IMG/VR virus record: IMGVR_UViG_3300045004_000084
Reading direction: 5' to 3' (one strand)
Source of the DNA: a virus
Lineage: Duplodnaviria; Heunggongvirae; Uroviricota; Caudoviricetes
DNA: 64,000 bases
Below are positions 18,219 to 28,327 of this stretch, one piece after another (the first letter of the stretch is position 1; the number at the start of each line of letters is the position of its first letter). Under the pieces are notes generated by a model, which saw nothing but the letters and a program-made list of their open reading frames with translations, made no database searches and was not told the origin of the DNA. The position numbers and the translations under genes are program-made.

Positions 18219-19754
18219 TTACCTCCGTGCTTTCCGAGCTGCTTCCTCAGCGGCTGCCTGCTGCTTCATCTCAGCAAGCTGCATGCGGTCCCTGATACCC
18301 TCGAGCTCGCCAGAAAGATCTGCGACTTCCTTCGGAGTCAACTTGCCCTTTGTCGGGCTAGTCAACCGCTCCCTGATCTGATCCAGTCGAGTCTGCACAG
18401 TCAGGTCGCTCGGGCCTACGGTCGCCCCCAGATCGGCATTCGGATTCCCGCCGGGAGTGTACTTCAAGGGCGGCAGCGCTCCATAGCGAGTCCCGAGCCC
18501 GTTGGTCATCGTCTTGAAGTAATCGGACGTGACCCTCTCGTTCTCCATGTCGATGCCCTTCGAGGCACCGCCGATAAGCGTACCGACCAGGCCAGCCCTA
18601 CCGGTCCGGAAGATACTGCCGGGCGTCATCAGCTTCATGCGACCTTCCACCGGCACTTTGGCGCTGTACCCGTCGCTTACGAGCGCCCTGGCGATCGTAC
18701 GCGGGTCTTTGACGTCGGCCAAAGCCTTTGCGGCGATATTGTCAGACCCACGCAGAGCCGCCCTGATCTTCGCCTCCTGAGCCTGGAAGTCCGTGATGGC
18801 CCGGGGCATCACTGTCGGTGGTGCGGCTCCAGGCGCAACCGGACCGGGAACCGGCACCTTCCGCCACTTACCGAGCAGGTCGTCTAGATCGTCGGGGCTC
18901 AGATTGTCAACAGTGGCGAGGGCAGATGGACTCTTCGATAGGAACGACCGCAGAGTAGCGGCGTTCGGACTCGCGCTTGTGTAGTTGCCCAGGCCCGACC
19001 CGTACCGTCCAATCAGCCGGACGCCGGTCTCGCCGGCTCCGTAGATTCCGGCTCCGCGCCCGAAGCTGCCCAGTACCTCATCATTGCTCATGTTGTTGAG
19101 ACCACGGAGAGTCTTCTCACCCGTGACTTCGTCTTTGCCTTTGAATTCCTTCCCGACTCGCCGAATGTCTTTGTCCAAATTGGCCGACTGGGCGACACTG
19201 GGTCGCTGCTTCCCTAGTAAGCCGCTGGCCCCACCCAGGCTGCCGACTGCGGCACCACCGACACCGCCGAGCATGCCGCCAAACAGGATGTTCGAGAACG
19301 GACGCTTCCGCTTGTTCTTCGAGAACACGGTCGCGCCGAGACCGCCAAGGGCGCCGAGGCCGGCTCCGGCAATGCCGCCGGTGATTGCGTTCTGCAGCTC
19401 CGGACTCTGCTTGAAACTTTCGCGGATGCCAGCCCCAGCTTGATCGCCGACCCACTTCTTGAGGCCGCCCAGATTACGGTCGAAGAAGTCGGGCTCCGGT
19501 GTTGGCTCCGGTGTTGGCGTCGGTGTTGGCGTCGGTGTTGGCGTCGGTGCCGGCGCAGGCACAGCCGGCGGCGTCGTAGCGTTCGGATTGGCCTCTTTGA
19601 GCATCGCGGCCTGCTTGATGAGGTCGTCCGCCCACGCCGGTCGCTCGCCGGCCTTCACCACGCCACCCAAAGCGCGGCTCGCCACGGCCCGATCGGCGAG
19701 CATGGTAGCTGCGTCGGCAACACTCCCATCAAGCCAGGACAGATCGGCCGGCAT
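18219..19754 (-). CDS. Low-complexity virion protein with a (TP)n/(EP)n linker and glycine zippers (GGIAGAGLGALGGLGA). Paralog-like to the 16926-18215 protein
   Basis: TPTPTPTPTPTPEPTPEP repeat (DNA about 19495-19552). Gly-zipper motifs. Confidence 0.5.
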   Translation of the reverse strand: MPADLSWLDGSVADAATMLADRAVASRALGGVVKAGERPAWADDLIKQAAMLKEANPNATTPPAVPAPAPTPTPTPTPTPTPEPTPEPDFFDRNLGGLKKWVGDQAGAGIRESFKQSPELQNAITGGIAGAGLGALGGLGATVFSKNKRKRPFSNILFGGMLGGVGGAAVGSLGGASGLLGKQRPSVAQSANLDKDIRRVGKEFKGKDEVTGEKTLRGLNNMSNDEVLGSFGRGAGIYGAGETGVRLIGRYGSGLGNYTSASPNAATLRSFLSKSPSALATVDNLSPDDLDDLLGKWRKVPVPGPVAPGAAPPTVMPRAITDFQAQEAKIRAALRGSDNIAAKALADVKDPRTIARALVSDGYSAKVPVEGRMKLMTPGSIFRTGRAGLVGTLIGGASKGIDMENERVTSDYFKTMTNGLGTRYGALPPLKYTPGGNPNADLGATVGPSDLTVQTRLDQIRERLTSPTKGKLTPKEVADLSGELEGIRDRMQLAEMKQQAAAEEAARKARR

Positions 19755-21129
19755 TGAGCACCCCCTTTTCTTCCTCTGCGGTCTTGATCTTGCCGTAGCT
19801 CGGGTCGTCGCGCTGCTTGATCTTGTTCTCGATGTTCAGCAGAAGATCCACGTCGTAAGGGTCGATTGCATTCTTGCCGCCCTCGAGTCGCTTCCGCAAG
19901 ATCGCGCGGACAAGACCCTCCTGGCTCGCCGCTCGAGGGGCGAGCTGGGAGATCTCGTTGTAGTGTTGAAGGACGTCGTCCGGATGGAACCCGGAGATTA
20001 CGTCGTCGTTCGCCATCAAGTCCGTGAGCATGCCGCTCGTCTGCATGCTCTTGATCTTCATGTCTTGCTGGGGATCGTCCATCTGGTCCGACAGCTTGCT
20101 GGCAACCGAGTCCGGCGTAGGAGCCGCCAGTCGCATTGCCGAGATGCCGCCGAGCATGCCGCCGACGAAGTTAGCGACCTTTTTGCCTCCGGCCGGCTCA
20201 GAGCACACCAGCACCCCACGAGGCGCCGGACCGGAGGCGGGGACGAAAGGGTCGAGGAGTTCCTCCACCTTCGCGTCGTGGGTCTTGTCGATGGCCTCGA
20301 ACTCGGCCTGCTTGGCGAGGTACGTCTCGGCCTGAGACAGACACACCTTGATGAGCGAGTACGGCGGAACGTCGAACCGAACCGGATCAGCGAGTCGGCC
20401 GCGACTCAGTGCCTGCTTCTCCAGATGGCGATTGCGATCGCCGATCATGCCCATGAGCAGCTCGGCCTTCTTGCCGAACAGGCGGACGGCGTTGTCCCGG
20501 ACCAGCGGGAACGGCTGGCACCCCAGACTCCGGAAGTATTCGCCGAGTTTGGCGATGCCGCGAGTCAGTTCGTCGTGGGCGAACGATGCGGCCGCTCGAG
20601 CGTCGGTAACAGCCCGCTGCAGATCCAGAGCCTGACAGTAGGCGTGCTTGAGACGAATCGCCGGTTCGGTCGGCAACGGTGGCGGCGCCGAGACAATCTC
20701 CTTACCGTCTCGGGTCTTCATCGGCGCCAGCACAGCCGACGCGGTCTTAACCGTCTGCTGTTTCTTCTGAGCCCAATCCGGCCGGCGGGCGTACTCCTCG
20801 TCAACGACCGTTTCGGCGTGGATAGCAGCAGCCGTCTTGACGCTGGACGGGAACATCCGCTCGAGCACCCGCGAGGCGTCGGCCAGCGTGAACTCGGCGG
20901 ACTTCTCGAACAGGTCGGTACCGGCCCGCCGCTGTGATTCCTGGCGGCCAATGTTGTACGTCTGGACCATCAGATTGACGTGACCAGCCGGCAGCCCCAA
21001 GTCGGTAGCGACTTTGACAATGGCGTCGTTCGGGTCCGCGCCGGTGCTGACCAACTGGGCCACTTCACCTAGAGCGTCGGTGAGCCGCTGCTCGGCTTGC
21101 TTGTTAAGCCTGTTAACGGTTCGCGACAT
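19729..21129 (-). CDS. Virion-block protein of unknown function (466 aa)
   Basis: ORF with protein-like composition. Confidence 0.45.
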   Translation of the reverse strand: MSRTVNRLNKQAEQRLTDALGEVAQLVSTGADPNDAIVKVATDLGLPAGHVNLMVQTYNIGRQESQRRAGTDLFEKSAEFTLADASRVLERMFPSSVKTAAAIHAETVVDEEYARRPDWAQKKQQTVKTASAVLAPMKTRDGKEIVSAPPPLPTEPAIRLKHAYCQALDLQRAVTDARAAASFAHDELTRGIAKLGEYFRSLGCQPFPLVRDNAVRLFGKKAELLMGMIGDRNRHLEKQALSRGRLADPVRFDVPPYSLIKVCLSQAETYLAKQAEFEAIDKTHDAKVEELLDPFVPASGPAPRGVLVCSEPAGGKKVANFVGGMLGGISAMRLAAPTPDSVASKLSDQMDDPQQDMKIKSMQTSGMLTDLMANDDVISGFHPDDVLQHYNEISQLAPRAASQEGLVRAILRKRLEGGKNAIDPYDVDLLLNIENKIKQRDDPSYGKIKTAEEEKGVLNAGRSVLA

Positions 21130-22045
21130 TGGTCGCCTCCGGGAAAGTGAGCGTCTCCAGTTCTGCGGCGCGGGCGCCGCCGCTCGTAATTGCCATGAGT
21201 TCTCCGACCCGGGGCTCCGCTGCGAACCCGTCGACCTGAACGGTCATCGGGTTAAGCGGCCGGTCTGCATCGCCACGTCCGACCGACCAGGCCAGACCCT
21301 TCATCACCTCGCCGACCATCTCGACCAGCATGCCCTGCGATTCGCCGGCATTGGCGATCTTGGCGATCTCCTGGTACTTCTGCTCGATCTCGACGATGAT
21401 CTGCTGCGTATACCCGTTGACGGGCATCGTACGCATCGCAATCGCCGACTTCCGTCGAGCCACGGAGCGAGTGTCGTCCGAGAAGAAGTCGTTGACTCGG
21501 TCTGCACTCGTGGCCTTCGTCGGATTCGAGAACGTCGTGACCAACGCGTCGAGAACGAACGGTCCGCCGAAGTACCCGTACATCTTCCACAGCAGGTCGA
21601 ATTGCCGCTCGGTCAGGTTGGCGTAGATCGACCGCCCCATCACCGTGTGGACGATCCAGCTCTGGGCGTGGAGTCGGTCCTGCACGTTGAAGAACAACGC
21701 CTCGTACGCCAGGATAGCCCGAGGATCGAGGGCCAGCCGGGCGGCGATGCTTTCGGGTTTGTCCTCGGCAAGCAGTCGGGCCTCCACTTCCCAGCGTGGG
21801 CACTCGGCGCCGTTATCCTCGCGCATGTGCCTGGCGTCAGCTACGCCCGGATACTTCTCGGCCAGATCGAGTAGCTGCCAGTCGTCGCGGCACGCGGCCA
21901 AGTCGGTCTGGAACTGCTTGGCGAGTGACACCCACTCGTCGTCACGTCGGCGAGAAACGCGCCGGCTCTGCTCGCGCAGGAGCCGGGCCATCTGCCAGCG
22001 CCAGTCGACCGGGCGGAACGGGGCTTCGCGTCGCAACTGCAGCAC
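21113..22045 (-). CDS. Virion-block protein of unknown function (310 aa)
   Basis: ORF with protein-like composition. Confidence 0.45.
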   Translation of the reverse strand: MLQLRREAPFRPVDWRWQMARLLREQSRRVSRRRDDEWVSLAKQFQTDLAACRDDWQLLDLAEKYPGVADARHMREDNGAECPRWEVEARLLAEDKPESIAARLALDPRAILAYEALFFNVQDRLHAQSWIVHTVMGRSIYANLTERQFDLLWKMYGYFGGPFVLDALVTTFSNPTKATSADRVNDFFSDDTRSVARRKSAIAMRTMPVNGYTQQIIVEIEQKYQEIAKIANAGESQGMLVEMVGEVMKGLAWSVGRGDADRPLNPMTVQVDGFAAEPRVGELMAITSGGARAAELETLTFPEATNVANR

Positions 22046-22054
22046 GGACTAACC

Positions 22055-22489
22055 TCATCGAGGAAGCAGGCAGGCCAGAGCCAGGTCGAGAGTCAGGTTG
22101 CCGCTCCCAGCCGCTACCTCGATCTCCAGGTAGATGCGGTGGAGCTTCGACGCCGGACCGCCGTCCTGATTCTCGTACACCGGGCCGTCGTTGTTCCAGA
22201 ACTTCAGCAACTTCCCGGCCGAATCGGACGAGATCGTCGGGCACACCCGGTAGGCGTCCGGGTCGAGCGAGTACTCCCCTTCCGGGTTGTCGCCGCCGCT
22301 CGACGCGGACACGGAAGCACCCTTGCGGGAGTTGAAGATGTCGACCGTGAAGTTCGACATCGCCCCGCCGGTCTGCTTGATCACGAGCTTCGAGAGCCGG
22401 CACCGGGCAGGGAACCCCAGCGTCAGCACAGTCCGCTGCCCAGCCACGATCTCAAGGTCGCGGTACTGCTTCTCGTACGGCTTGAGCAT
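22055..22489 (-). CDS. Small beta-rich protein (144 aa), unknown
   Basis: ORF with protein-like composition. Confidence 0.4.
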   Translation of the reverse strand: MLKPYEKQYRDLEIVAGQRTVLTLGFPARCRLSKLVIKQTGGAMSNFTVDIFNSRKGASVSASSGGDNPEGEYSLDPDAYRVCPTISSDSAGKLLKFWNNDGPVYENQDGGPASKLHRIYLEIEVAAGSGNLTLDLALACLLPR

Positions 22490-22498
22490 GGGTTCTCC

Positions 22499-25400
22499 TT
22501 ACACCTGGGCCGTCGAACTGAGGTCGGCGCCGGCCGCCTCCTCGGGGAACGGCTCGACAGTTTTCTGCTTGAGGAACAGCACCACGTCGCCCAACTGCTC
22601 GAAGGCGTTACGCAGCGAGTCCTCGAGCTCAGGCATATCCTTCTTCCCGTATCGTTCCTGAAACTCTTCCCCGTGCCAGTAGAAGGAGAACAAGATGCGA
22701 CCGATACGGTCGAGTCCCTTCATCAGGTCGCCGAGGTGTCGGTCGACCATCGTGTCGTCGCGGACCGCCTTGAGAAGCGATCCGACCATCGCCGTGTCGA
22801 ACACCTCTTTCTGCCCAGTCTGGGCCGCCTGCATGCCCGTCTGCATGGTCTGCGGGTCGGGCGGGGTGCGCGGGTCGTAAGCGGCAGTGTTGTTCGTCGC
22901 CGGGTTGGCCGGCATGGCCGGAACCGTCTCCGACTGCGGGTACTGCGCCGGCACCGACCCGTTCAGCGTCGGCTCGCTGCCGGTCGGCGGCGAGGGAAAC
23001 GGCGGGGCACTCGTCATCCCCTGCATCATCGGATCCATCGGATCGCCCGGAATGGCCTGCTTGATCATGTCGTCGACGTCCCGCAGCCAGCCGACGTGGT
23101 AGGCTGTGGGGTCGTCGGGCAGACCGGCCGCCAGTTTCACACGACAGGTGAACCTGCGAGCGTCGAGGGCGTTCTTGACCAGATCGCGGGCCTGCTTCTC
23201 CTTGAGCGCCCAGTCGCGGACCAGGTGACCGACGACGTACTCGCGGTCCATCGGGTACCCGTTGACCTCGACCACGGTCCCGGAGTGGACGATACGCAGC
23301 TCGGCGGTCTTCTCGTAAATCGCCTTCGTCACGTCGAGCATCGTGCCCGGATTGAGCGGCTGCGGATCCGAGGAGTCGCTCCGATAAGATCGCGGACGCT
23401 CGTCCTCCTTGTCGTCGTCGGCCAGAAGGGTGACGAGCTTGTAGTCGCCGGGAACGTAGACTCCGCTCCCCGTCGTCCGGATCCGCCCGCCCTCCTTGTT
23501 CGTGATGTGGAGGTTGTGGTACCAGTTCGAGCAGCAGTAGCTCAACGAGTCGTCGTAGCCGGACCGACTGGCGACGGCCGGCAAGTTGCCCGGCCGCGAC
23601 CGGCTGGCCCAGTCGCGGAAGCTGACCTCGTAGCTGTCCACGGCGTCGTCGCCGCCGATCGCCTTGCGAACCTCGAACGGTAGCGTGCAGTCGCCGTTCG
23701 GGCCGACGAGCATGTACACGGCCGAGTAGCTCGGCTTGAGCGAACCCGGCTTCGACAGACCGTCGAGCCATTTCCGGTACGCCTCAGGGCTGACCTCGTC
23801 CGACTTGCACCACAGGTGAGCCGGGTGGATGTTCAGCCACTTTTTCTTGCCGCTGGTCGCAAACACGGTGGCGAAGTCAGCAGCCCCCTTCGGCCCCTGG
23901 GGGCCGATGACAACCAGGCACTCCTCGAACGTGCCTGGCTGGGTCAGCATGTGGTAGATACCGGTCTCGTGCGGCGTGCTCAGCTTGAGCGGCCCGGTGA
24001 CCTCGTAGGCGATGGAGTTCTCCGGCCGTTCGTCACGGAACGCCACTCCCTCGAGCTTGACCTTGGCCTTCTCTTCGTCGGAGATGTCTTCCATCACGCC
24101 GCTGACGGCAAACGTCTCGTGCGTGATGATCGCCAAGGCACCCTTCTTCTCGACGACCGAGCTGCCGGTTGATTCGACGTCGAGAACGGACCGAGGAGCG
24201 CCCTTCTTCTTGCTCGTGTTAGCGGGGCCAATGAACTGCTCGAACGGCCCCTCCGGGCCTCGCCGTTTGTACTGGCGCGATCCGGATTCCTTCGCCATCA
24301 TCGCCGCCAACTGCTCGTCGCGGTTTTTCTTGCGACGGCGGGCGGCCATCATCGACATCATCGCAGCGATGCCGCCGACCCCCAGAAGGGCGGACGTGGC
24401 ACGGCCGCCCGGCAGTTTGCTGGGCAGCCAACTCGCATGACCGTCGAGCCAGTTGTTGGCTCGATCCAAGTTGCGACCGATGAACCCGCGTGGCGGCGGA
24501 GGCGGCACGGCTCCACCGGGGGCTTCTTCAATCGACGGAGCACCAGTGCCAGCGCCGCCGGTCATGCCGGACTCGCCAGTGCCGTACGGATTCTCGGCCC
24601 CGGTCGGACCCGGCCGGATCGGCGACCCGCCGGGTGGAACCTGCGGCGCTGACGTCAGCACGCCGCCGCCCATACTGCCGGGGTTCGTAGCGGATGGAAG
24701 CGACCCGCCAGCCGGACGCGGCGCCGGCGCAATCTCAGGCGGCTCAGGCGGCTGAGCAAGCGGCACGCCAGACGGACGTGGCGCCGGCGCAATAGCCGGC
24801 GGCTCCATCGTCAGCGGGCTCGTCGGATCCTTGAACGCCGTCTTGTAGAACTGCTGTCGGCTCCGGTCCCAAGCCGGCCGCTGGATGTAACCGTCCAGCG
24901 AGCTGAATGCGTCGTGACCGGTAGACAGAACACCACCGTTGGCCTGGCTCGGGGCCTGTCCGCGCTGGTCGGGAGACATCTGACCGAACTCGAGCCGAGC
25001 AAGGCCCTCCTTCGACAAGATGTCGCTCAGACGAGCTTCACGGGCCTTCGCCTCCTTGATTGCGTCTTGGATGCAGCCCAGGCCGCCGTAGAACTTCTCG
25101 AACGCCGAGGCGAGCTTCGGGAACGCCATCAGGTCTCGGATCAACGACACGATGACCGCCTGGCCTTCCTTCTTGAGGAAGGTCGGAACGTCGATCACGT
25201 CCTTGTACTTCGGGTCGGTGAGCGGGTTGGTCCGGCCGAAGTGGGCGAAGGCCGCCATGCCCGGGACCATCTCGGTCGGGACCGACACGCCGCCCACCTT
25301 GACGTGGCTGGCGTACTTCGACGGCGGACGGCTGAACGCCGACAGCTCGGGGCTCATCACCCCGAGACGGGTCAAGTTCGGCTCGACCTCCTTCCCGAGG

Positions 25401-25879
25401 ATGTTCGGCCGCTTCTGCAGAAGGTGGTTGAGCCAGTTCTCCTTCAGCGGAAGAAACTGGTCTTGGTTCTTGATGTAGAGGAGCTCGTGGCCCTTCAAGT
25501 CGCCGGACAGGAAGAAGCACGGGGCGTAGAGCCACTGACTGCCGACCTTGAATCCGAAAATCCCGACGGCTTTGGTGTTGTCCTCGTTCCGCTCCATCAA
25601 CTGGAACCCGACTTCGTAGTCGAGCAGCGACGGCGCCTTGTCTTTCAAAAAAGCATGAGCGAGGTTGCTGAAAGCCTGCTCGAACTGCGTGTCCTTGCCG
25701 TCTCCGCCCAATTCGGCGACTTTCGTACGGCCGGACGGGCGCACCAGCCGACGGATTGCCGCCAGCAAATGCGACGACTGCTTGCTCATCATGTGGGGCA
25801 TGAGAGTCTTCCTTGACTTTAAGACGAGGCCGTCCTGGCCCATGTGGAACATTATCACCGCAAACAGCCCGGAGAGCAA
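22499..25879 (-). CDS. Very large virion protein (1126 aa) with a central Pro-rich linker, a predicted transmembrane/Gly-zipper helix (ALLGVGGIAAMMSMMAARRRKK) and globular N- and C-terminal regions. Internal/ejected or portal-class protein, unresolved
   Basis: Long ORF with protein-like composition. Hydrophobic helix followed by a basic patch. Confidence 0.5.
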   Translation of the reverse strand: MLSGLFAVIMFHMGQDGLVLKSRKTLMPHMMSKQSSHLLAAIRRLVRPSGRTKVAELGGDGKDTQFEQAFSNLAHAFLKDKAPSLLDYEVGFQLMERNEDNTKAVGIFGFKVGSQWLYAPCFFLSGDLKGHELLYIKNQDQFLPLKENWLNHLLQKRPNILGKEVEPNLTRLGVMSPELSAFSRPPSKYASHVKVGGVSVPTEMVPGMAAFAHFGRTNPLTDPKYKDVIDVPTFLKKEGQAVIVSLIRDLMAFPKLASAFEKFYGGLGCIQDAIKEAKAREARLSDILSKEGLARLEFGQMSPDQRGQAPSQANGGVLSTGHDAFSSLDGYIQRPAWDRSRQQFYKTAFKDPTSPLTMEPPAIAPAPRPSGVPLAQPPEPPEIAPAPRPAGGSLPSATNPGSMGGGVLTSAPQVPPGGSPIRPGPTGAENPYGTGESGMTGGAGTGAPSIEEAPGGAVPPPPPRGFIGRNLDRANNWLDGHASWLPSKLPGGRATSALLGVGGIAAMMSMMAARRRKKNRDEQLAAMMAKESGSRQYKRRGPEGPFEQFIGPANTSKKKGAPRSVLDVESTGSSVVEKKGALAIITHETFAVSGVMEDISDEEKAKVKLEGVAFRDERPENSIAYEVTGPLKLSTPHETGIYHMLTQPGTFEECLVVIGPQGPKGAADFATVFATSGKKKWLNIHPAHLWCKSDEVSPEAYRKWLDGLSKPGSLKPSYSAVYMLVGPNGDCTLPFEVRKAIGGDDAVDSYEVSFRDWASRSRPGNLPAVASRSGYDDSLSYCCSNWYHNLHITNKEGGRIRTTGSGVYVPGDYKLVTLLADDDKEDERPRSYRSDSSDPQPLNPGTMLDVTKAIYEKTAELRIVHSGTVVEVNGYPMDREYVVGHLVRDWALKEKQARDLVKNALDARRFTCRVKLAAGLPDDPTAYHVGWLRDVDDMIKQAIPGDPMDPMMQGMTSAPPFPSPPTGSEPTLNGSVPAQYPQSETVPAMPANPATNNTAAYDPRTPPDPQTMQTGMQAAQTGQKEVFDTAMVGSLLKAVRDDTMVDRHLGDLMKGLDRIGRILFSFYWHGEEFQERYGKKDMPELEDSLRNAFEQLGDVVLFLKQKTVEPFPEEAAGADLSSTAQV

Positions 25880-25885
25880 CGGCGG

Positions 25886-26398
25886 CTATACACGGGGTTT
25901 GTTCGGATCCCCGGCTAACAAAGTCCTCATGTTTTGCCCGCCCCGTGCCAAATCGGCTACCGCTGCCAGACCAGGCAGTCCGGCGTACCCGGCGATCCCC
26001 TTCGTTACCGGCTGCATCGCTCCCATGAACTGCCCGATCTGCTCGGGCTTGATGTTCTGGAGAAAACCGAGCATCCCGCCGGTCGGATCAGCGTCCGGGG
26101 CGGGTGGCGCCGGTGGCGGCTGGGGTACAGGCGCAGGGGGCGGAACCGGGGGCGGAACCGGGGGCGGAACAGCCGCCCGAGCCGGTGAAGGCGTCGGCAC
26201 CGGCGGTGGAACCGGCGGTGGAACCGGCGGCTTAGGCGGCGCCGGACGGGGCGCCGGAGCCGGCATCGGCGGCGGCTTAGGCATCGTTGGAGCCGTCGGT
26301 CCGGCGGGTCCGCCAGTCACCTTCGGCGGAACAGGATTAGGCCCCTTCGGATTGACGCCTTCGGCCGCCAACTTCGCCAGCATAATCTCGAGTTTCAC
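25886..26398 (-). CDS. Proline-rich protein (170 aa; PPVPPPVPPP tracts)
   Basis: ORF whose start overlaps the beta'C gene end by 4 nt. Confidence 0.4.
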   Translation of the reverse strand: MKLEIMLAKLAAEGVNPKGPNPVPPKVTGGPAGPTAPTMPKPPPMPAPAPRPAPPKPPVPPPVPPPVPTPSPARAAVPPPVPPPVPPPAPVPQPPPAPPAPDADPTGGMLGFLQNIKPEQIGQFMGAMQPVTKGIAGYAGLPGLAAVADLARGGQNMRTLLAGDPNKPRV

Positions 26399-28314
26399 AG
26401 CACCCCTCCCCCCATTGACGGCTCGATAAACGGTTTGACTTCCTTGACATCGAAGCCCTTCACCTTGCCCTTCTGCCCGAAGTTCGTCGGATTAGCGAGA
26501 GCGGGTACGAACGACGTACCCTCAGGGTCGGACACGGCGCCACGGTGTACACTCTTCGTCAAAGACTTCTCCAAGTTCGAGCCGAGCATACGGGTCATCC
26601 AGTCCGGGTCGTACTGCAGACTGTCGAGTCCGCGTACGAAGTGCGGCTCGAACGGTGGTTTTTCATCGTGGACGACCAGATCCTTGATGCCGAACGCCTC
26701 CATGTCCTTGAGCATCGAAGGCGTCACACGAGTGCCGACAGTGTGATGCAGAACGGGCTTCTCGAGGTACTTGCCCACGGCCGTCTTGTAGGACATCGTT
26801 CGAGCTCCGTCCCGAGGTCGGTATGTGCGCTCGAACACGTCGTACGGAATCACGTCGTCGGGCAAGTATTCGCCCACCTCGTCGTTGAGACGGACGTGGT
26901 TGATGAGGCCACGGGCCAGGATCTCGATGTTCCGCCGGTGGCCGCCCATGCCGGCGTTCCGCATCCCGACGCGAAACGCGTCCATGAACAGTCGACGAGC
27001 CTCGCCGATGCCCTTGTGGCGGGTCACCTGGTCGGGGTTCACCAGACCGTCGGTCAGAGGGTCGCCGGCCTCGACCGAGTCGCCGACCTTGTACTTCACC
27101 TCGGCGTCCGGGCCGGCGTAGTGCTTCACCCCGTTGACGAAGACGAAGTTACCGCCGGCCGGCGCCTTCTCGATGGCCGAGACGATCCCGTCTTTCTGCG
27201 CGTGGGTCGCCCAGTACGGACTGGTCTTCGGGCTCTGCACGAGCTGGTTCAGGTACTTGAACCCGCTCACCGACTTCGACGCCCCGGCCACGCCGCCGGA
27301 GTGCTTGCTGGACAAGCCGCCCTGGCTGATCGGTTCGGACAGCGCCTGCACGGCGGCGATGCCGACCACGTCGCCCTTCGGCGGCAGCCCGCCCCGCTCG
27401 CGGACCCCGACGTCGCGGGCGTACAGGCCGCCGTCCGGGGCTCCGGTCGCGACGGGGGAGCGGACCAGGATGCGGCCGATGCCCTTCGCCTTCAGGTCCC
27501 TCAACACCCGTGGGGTGAGAACGGTGTTCCGCTTGTACGGCCCGAAGTCACGAGCCAGAAGAGCTCCCTCGTTGTCCGCGTCGTCGGTGTCCACCGGCAG
27601 GCCCCGCCCGACGAGTCGCTGATCGTCATCGTCGTCCTTCGCGGTGATCAGCAGCCGGTGACCGATCTGGTTCAACTGCTTGGAGAAGAACCCGGCGTCC
27701 TGGGTGGCGAACTTGGTGTCGGCCACGCCCTTGCGGGCGCCGAACGCCCCCGCGAAGTACTCGGCCGGGGACAGGCCCTTCGAGTACGAGTTGAGGATCG
27801 GGATGGGAATCGGGTTGTCGTGGTGGTCGGTGTACAGGAGGTCGCCGCCACGCAGCGACTTCAGGTTCATAGGCTTCCCACGGGAGCCGGACATGACCTG
27901 CATGGCGAGCGGGTTCTTCTCGGCCTTCGACTCCTCGAAGATCTCGCCCTCCAGACGCTGTTGGTGCTGCATGAGCATGTGGACGATGGCCTTCTGCTTG
28001 GCCGCGTCGTCCAGAGTCGGCGAGGCGAGGATCTGGTCGAGGTTGGTTTGCAGTTCGGTGCGGGCGTTCGCCATCGCCTTCGAGCCCCGCAGGGCCTTCA
28101 GGCCGAAGCTGTACCCGCCGGTGTAATACGCCACGTCGCGGCCGATGTCGGACAGCCGCTTCGCCACGTCCCGGTACTTGTCCGGGTGCTTCTCGGCGAC
28201 CTGCTGCATGAGCGCGGCCAGGCCCTTCCCGTCGAGGGGCCGCTCGTAGTCGCGGAGCTCTTCGGGAAGGGCCTCGTTCACCAAGATTTGACCAGCAGTA
28301 GCACGCAGCGGCAT
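26395..28314 (-). CDS. DNA-directed RNA polymerase beta' subunit, C-terminal module (bridge helix + trigger loop), as a separate 639-aa polypeptide
   Basis: 'GAFGARKGVADTKFATQDAGFFSKQLNQIGHRLLITAKDDDD' aligns to the beta' bridge helix ('[29 protein letters not shown]'). 'GIAAVQALSEPISQGGLSSKHSGGVAG' aligns to the trigger loop ('[27 protein letters not shown]'). Confidence 0.85.
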   Translation of the reverse strand: MPLRATAGQILVNEALPEELRDYERPLDGKGLAALMQQVAEKHPDKYRDVAKRLSDIGRDVAYYTGGYSFGLKALRGSKAMANARTELQTNLDQILASPTLDDAAKQKAIVHMLMQHQQRLEGEIFEESKAEKNPLAMQVMSGSRGKPMNLKSLRGGDLLYTDHHDNPIPIPILNSYSKGLSPAEYFAGAFGARKGVADTKFATQDAGFFSKQLNQIGHRLLITAKDDDDDQRLVGRGLPVDTDDADNEGALLARDFGPYKRNTVLTPRVLRDLKAKGIGRILVRSPVATGAPDGGLYARDVGVRERGGLPPKGDVVGIAAVQALSEPISQGGLSSKHSGGVAGASKSVSGFKYLNQLVQSPKTSPYWATHAQKDGIVSAIEKAPAGGNFVFVNGVKHYAGPDAEVKYKVGDSVEAGDPLTDGLVNPDQVTRHKGIGEARRLFMDAFRVGMRNAGMGGHRRNIEILARGLINHVRLNDEVGEYLPDDVIPYDVFERTYRPRDGARTMSYKTAVGKYLEKPVLHHTVGTRVTPSMLKDMEAFGIKDLVVHDEKPPFEPHFVRGLDSLQYDPDWMTRMLGSNLEKSLTKSVHRGAVSDPEGTSFVPALANPTNFGQKGKVKGFDVKEVKPFIEPSMGGGVL

Positions 28315-28327
28315 TTACTCCGACTCC

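Noticed and set aside
18139-19552. Short DNA tandem repeats (12-bp gttgtcgtcggc units and (ggtgttggcgtc)n) considered as a CRISPR-like or VNTR locus
   Set aside because: They are in-frame codon repeats encoding TTTP/TPTP linkers within genes, with no spacer-repeat architecture. No CRISPR array is present anywhere in the window.
22499-25879. Calling the 1126-aa protein a tape-measure protein or portal
   Set aside because: It lacks the Ala/Gly-rich all-helical character of tape-measure proteins and I could not see portal-family features. It sits upstream of the head genes rather than between tube and baseplate. It is left as a large virion protein of unknown role.
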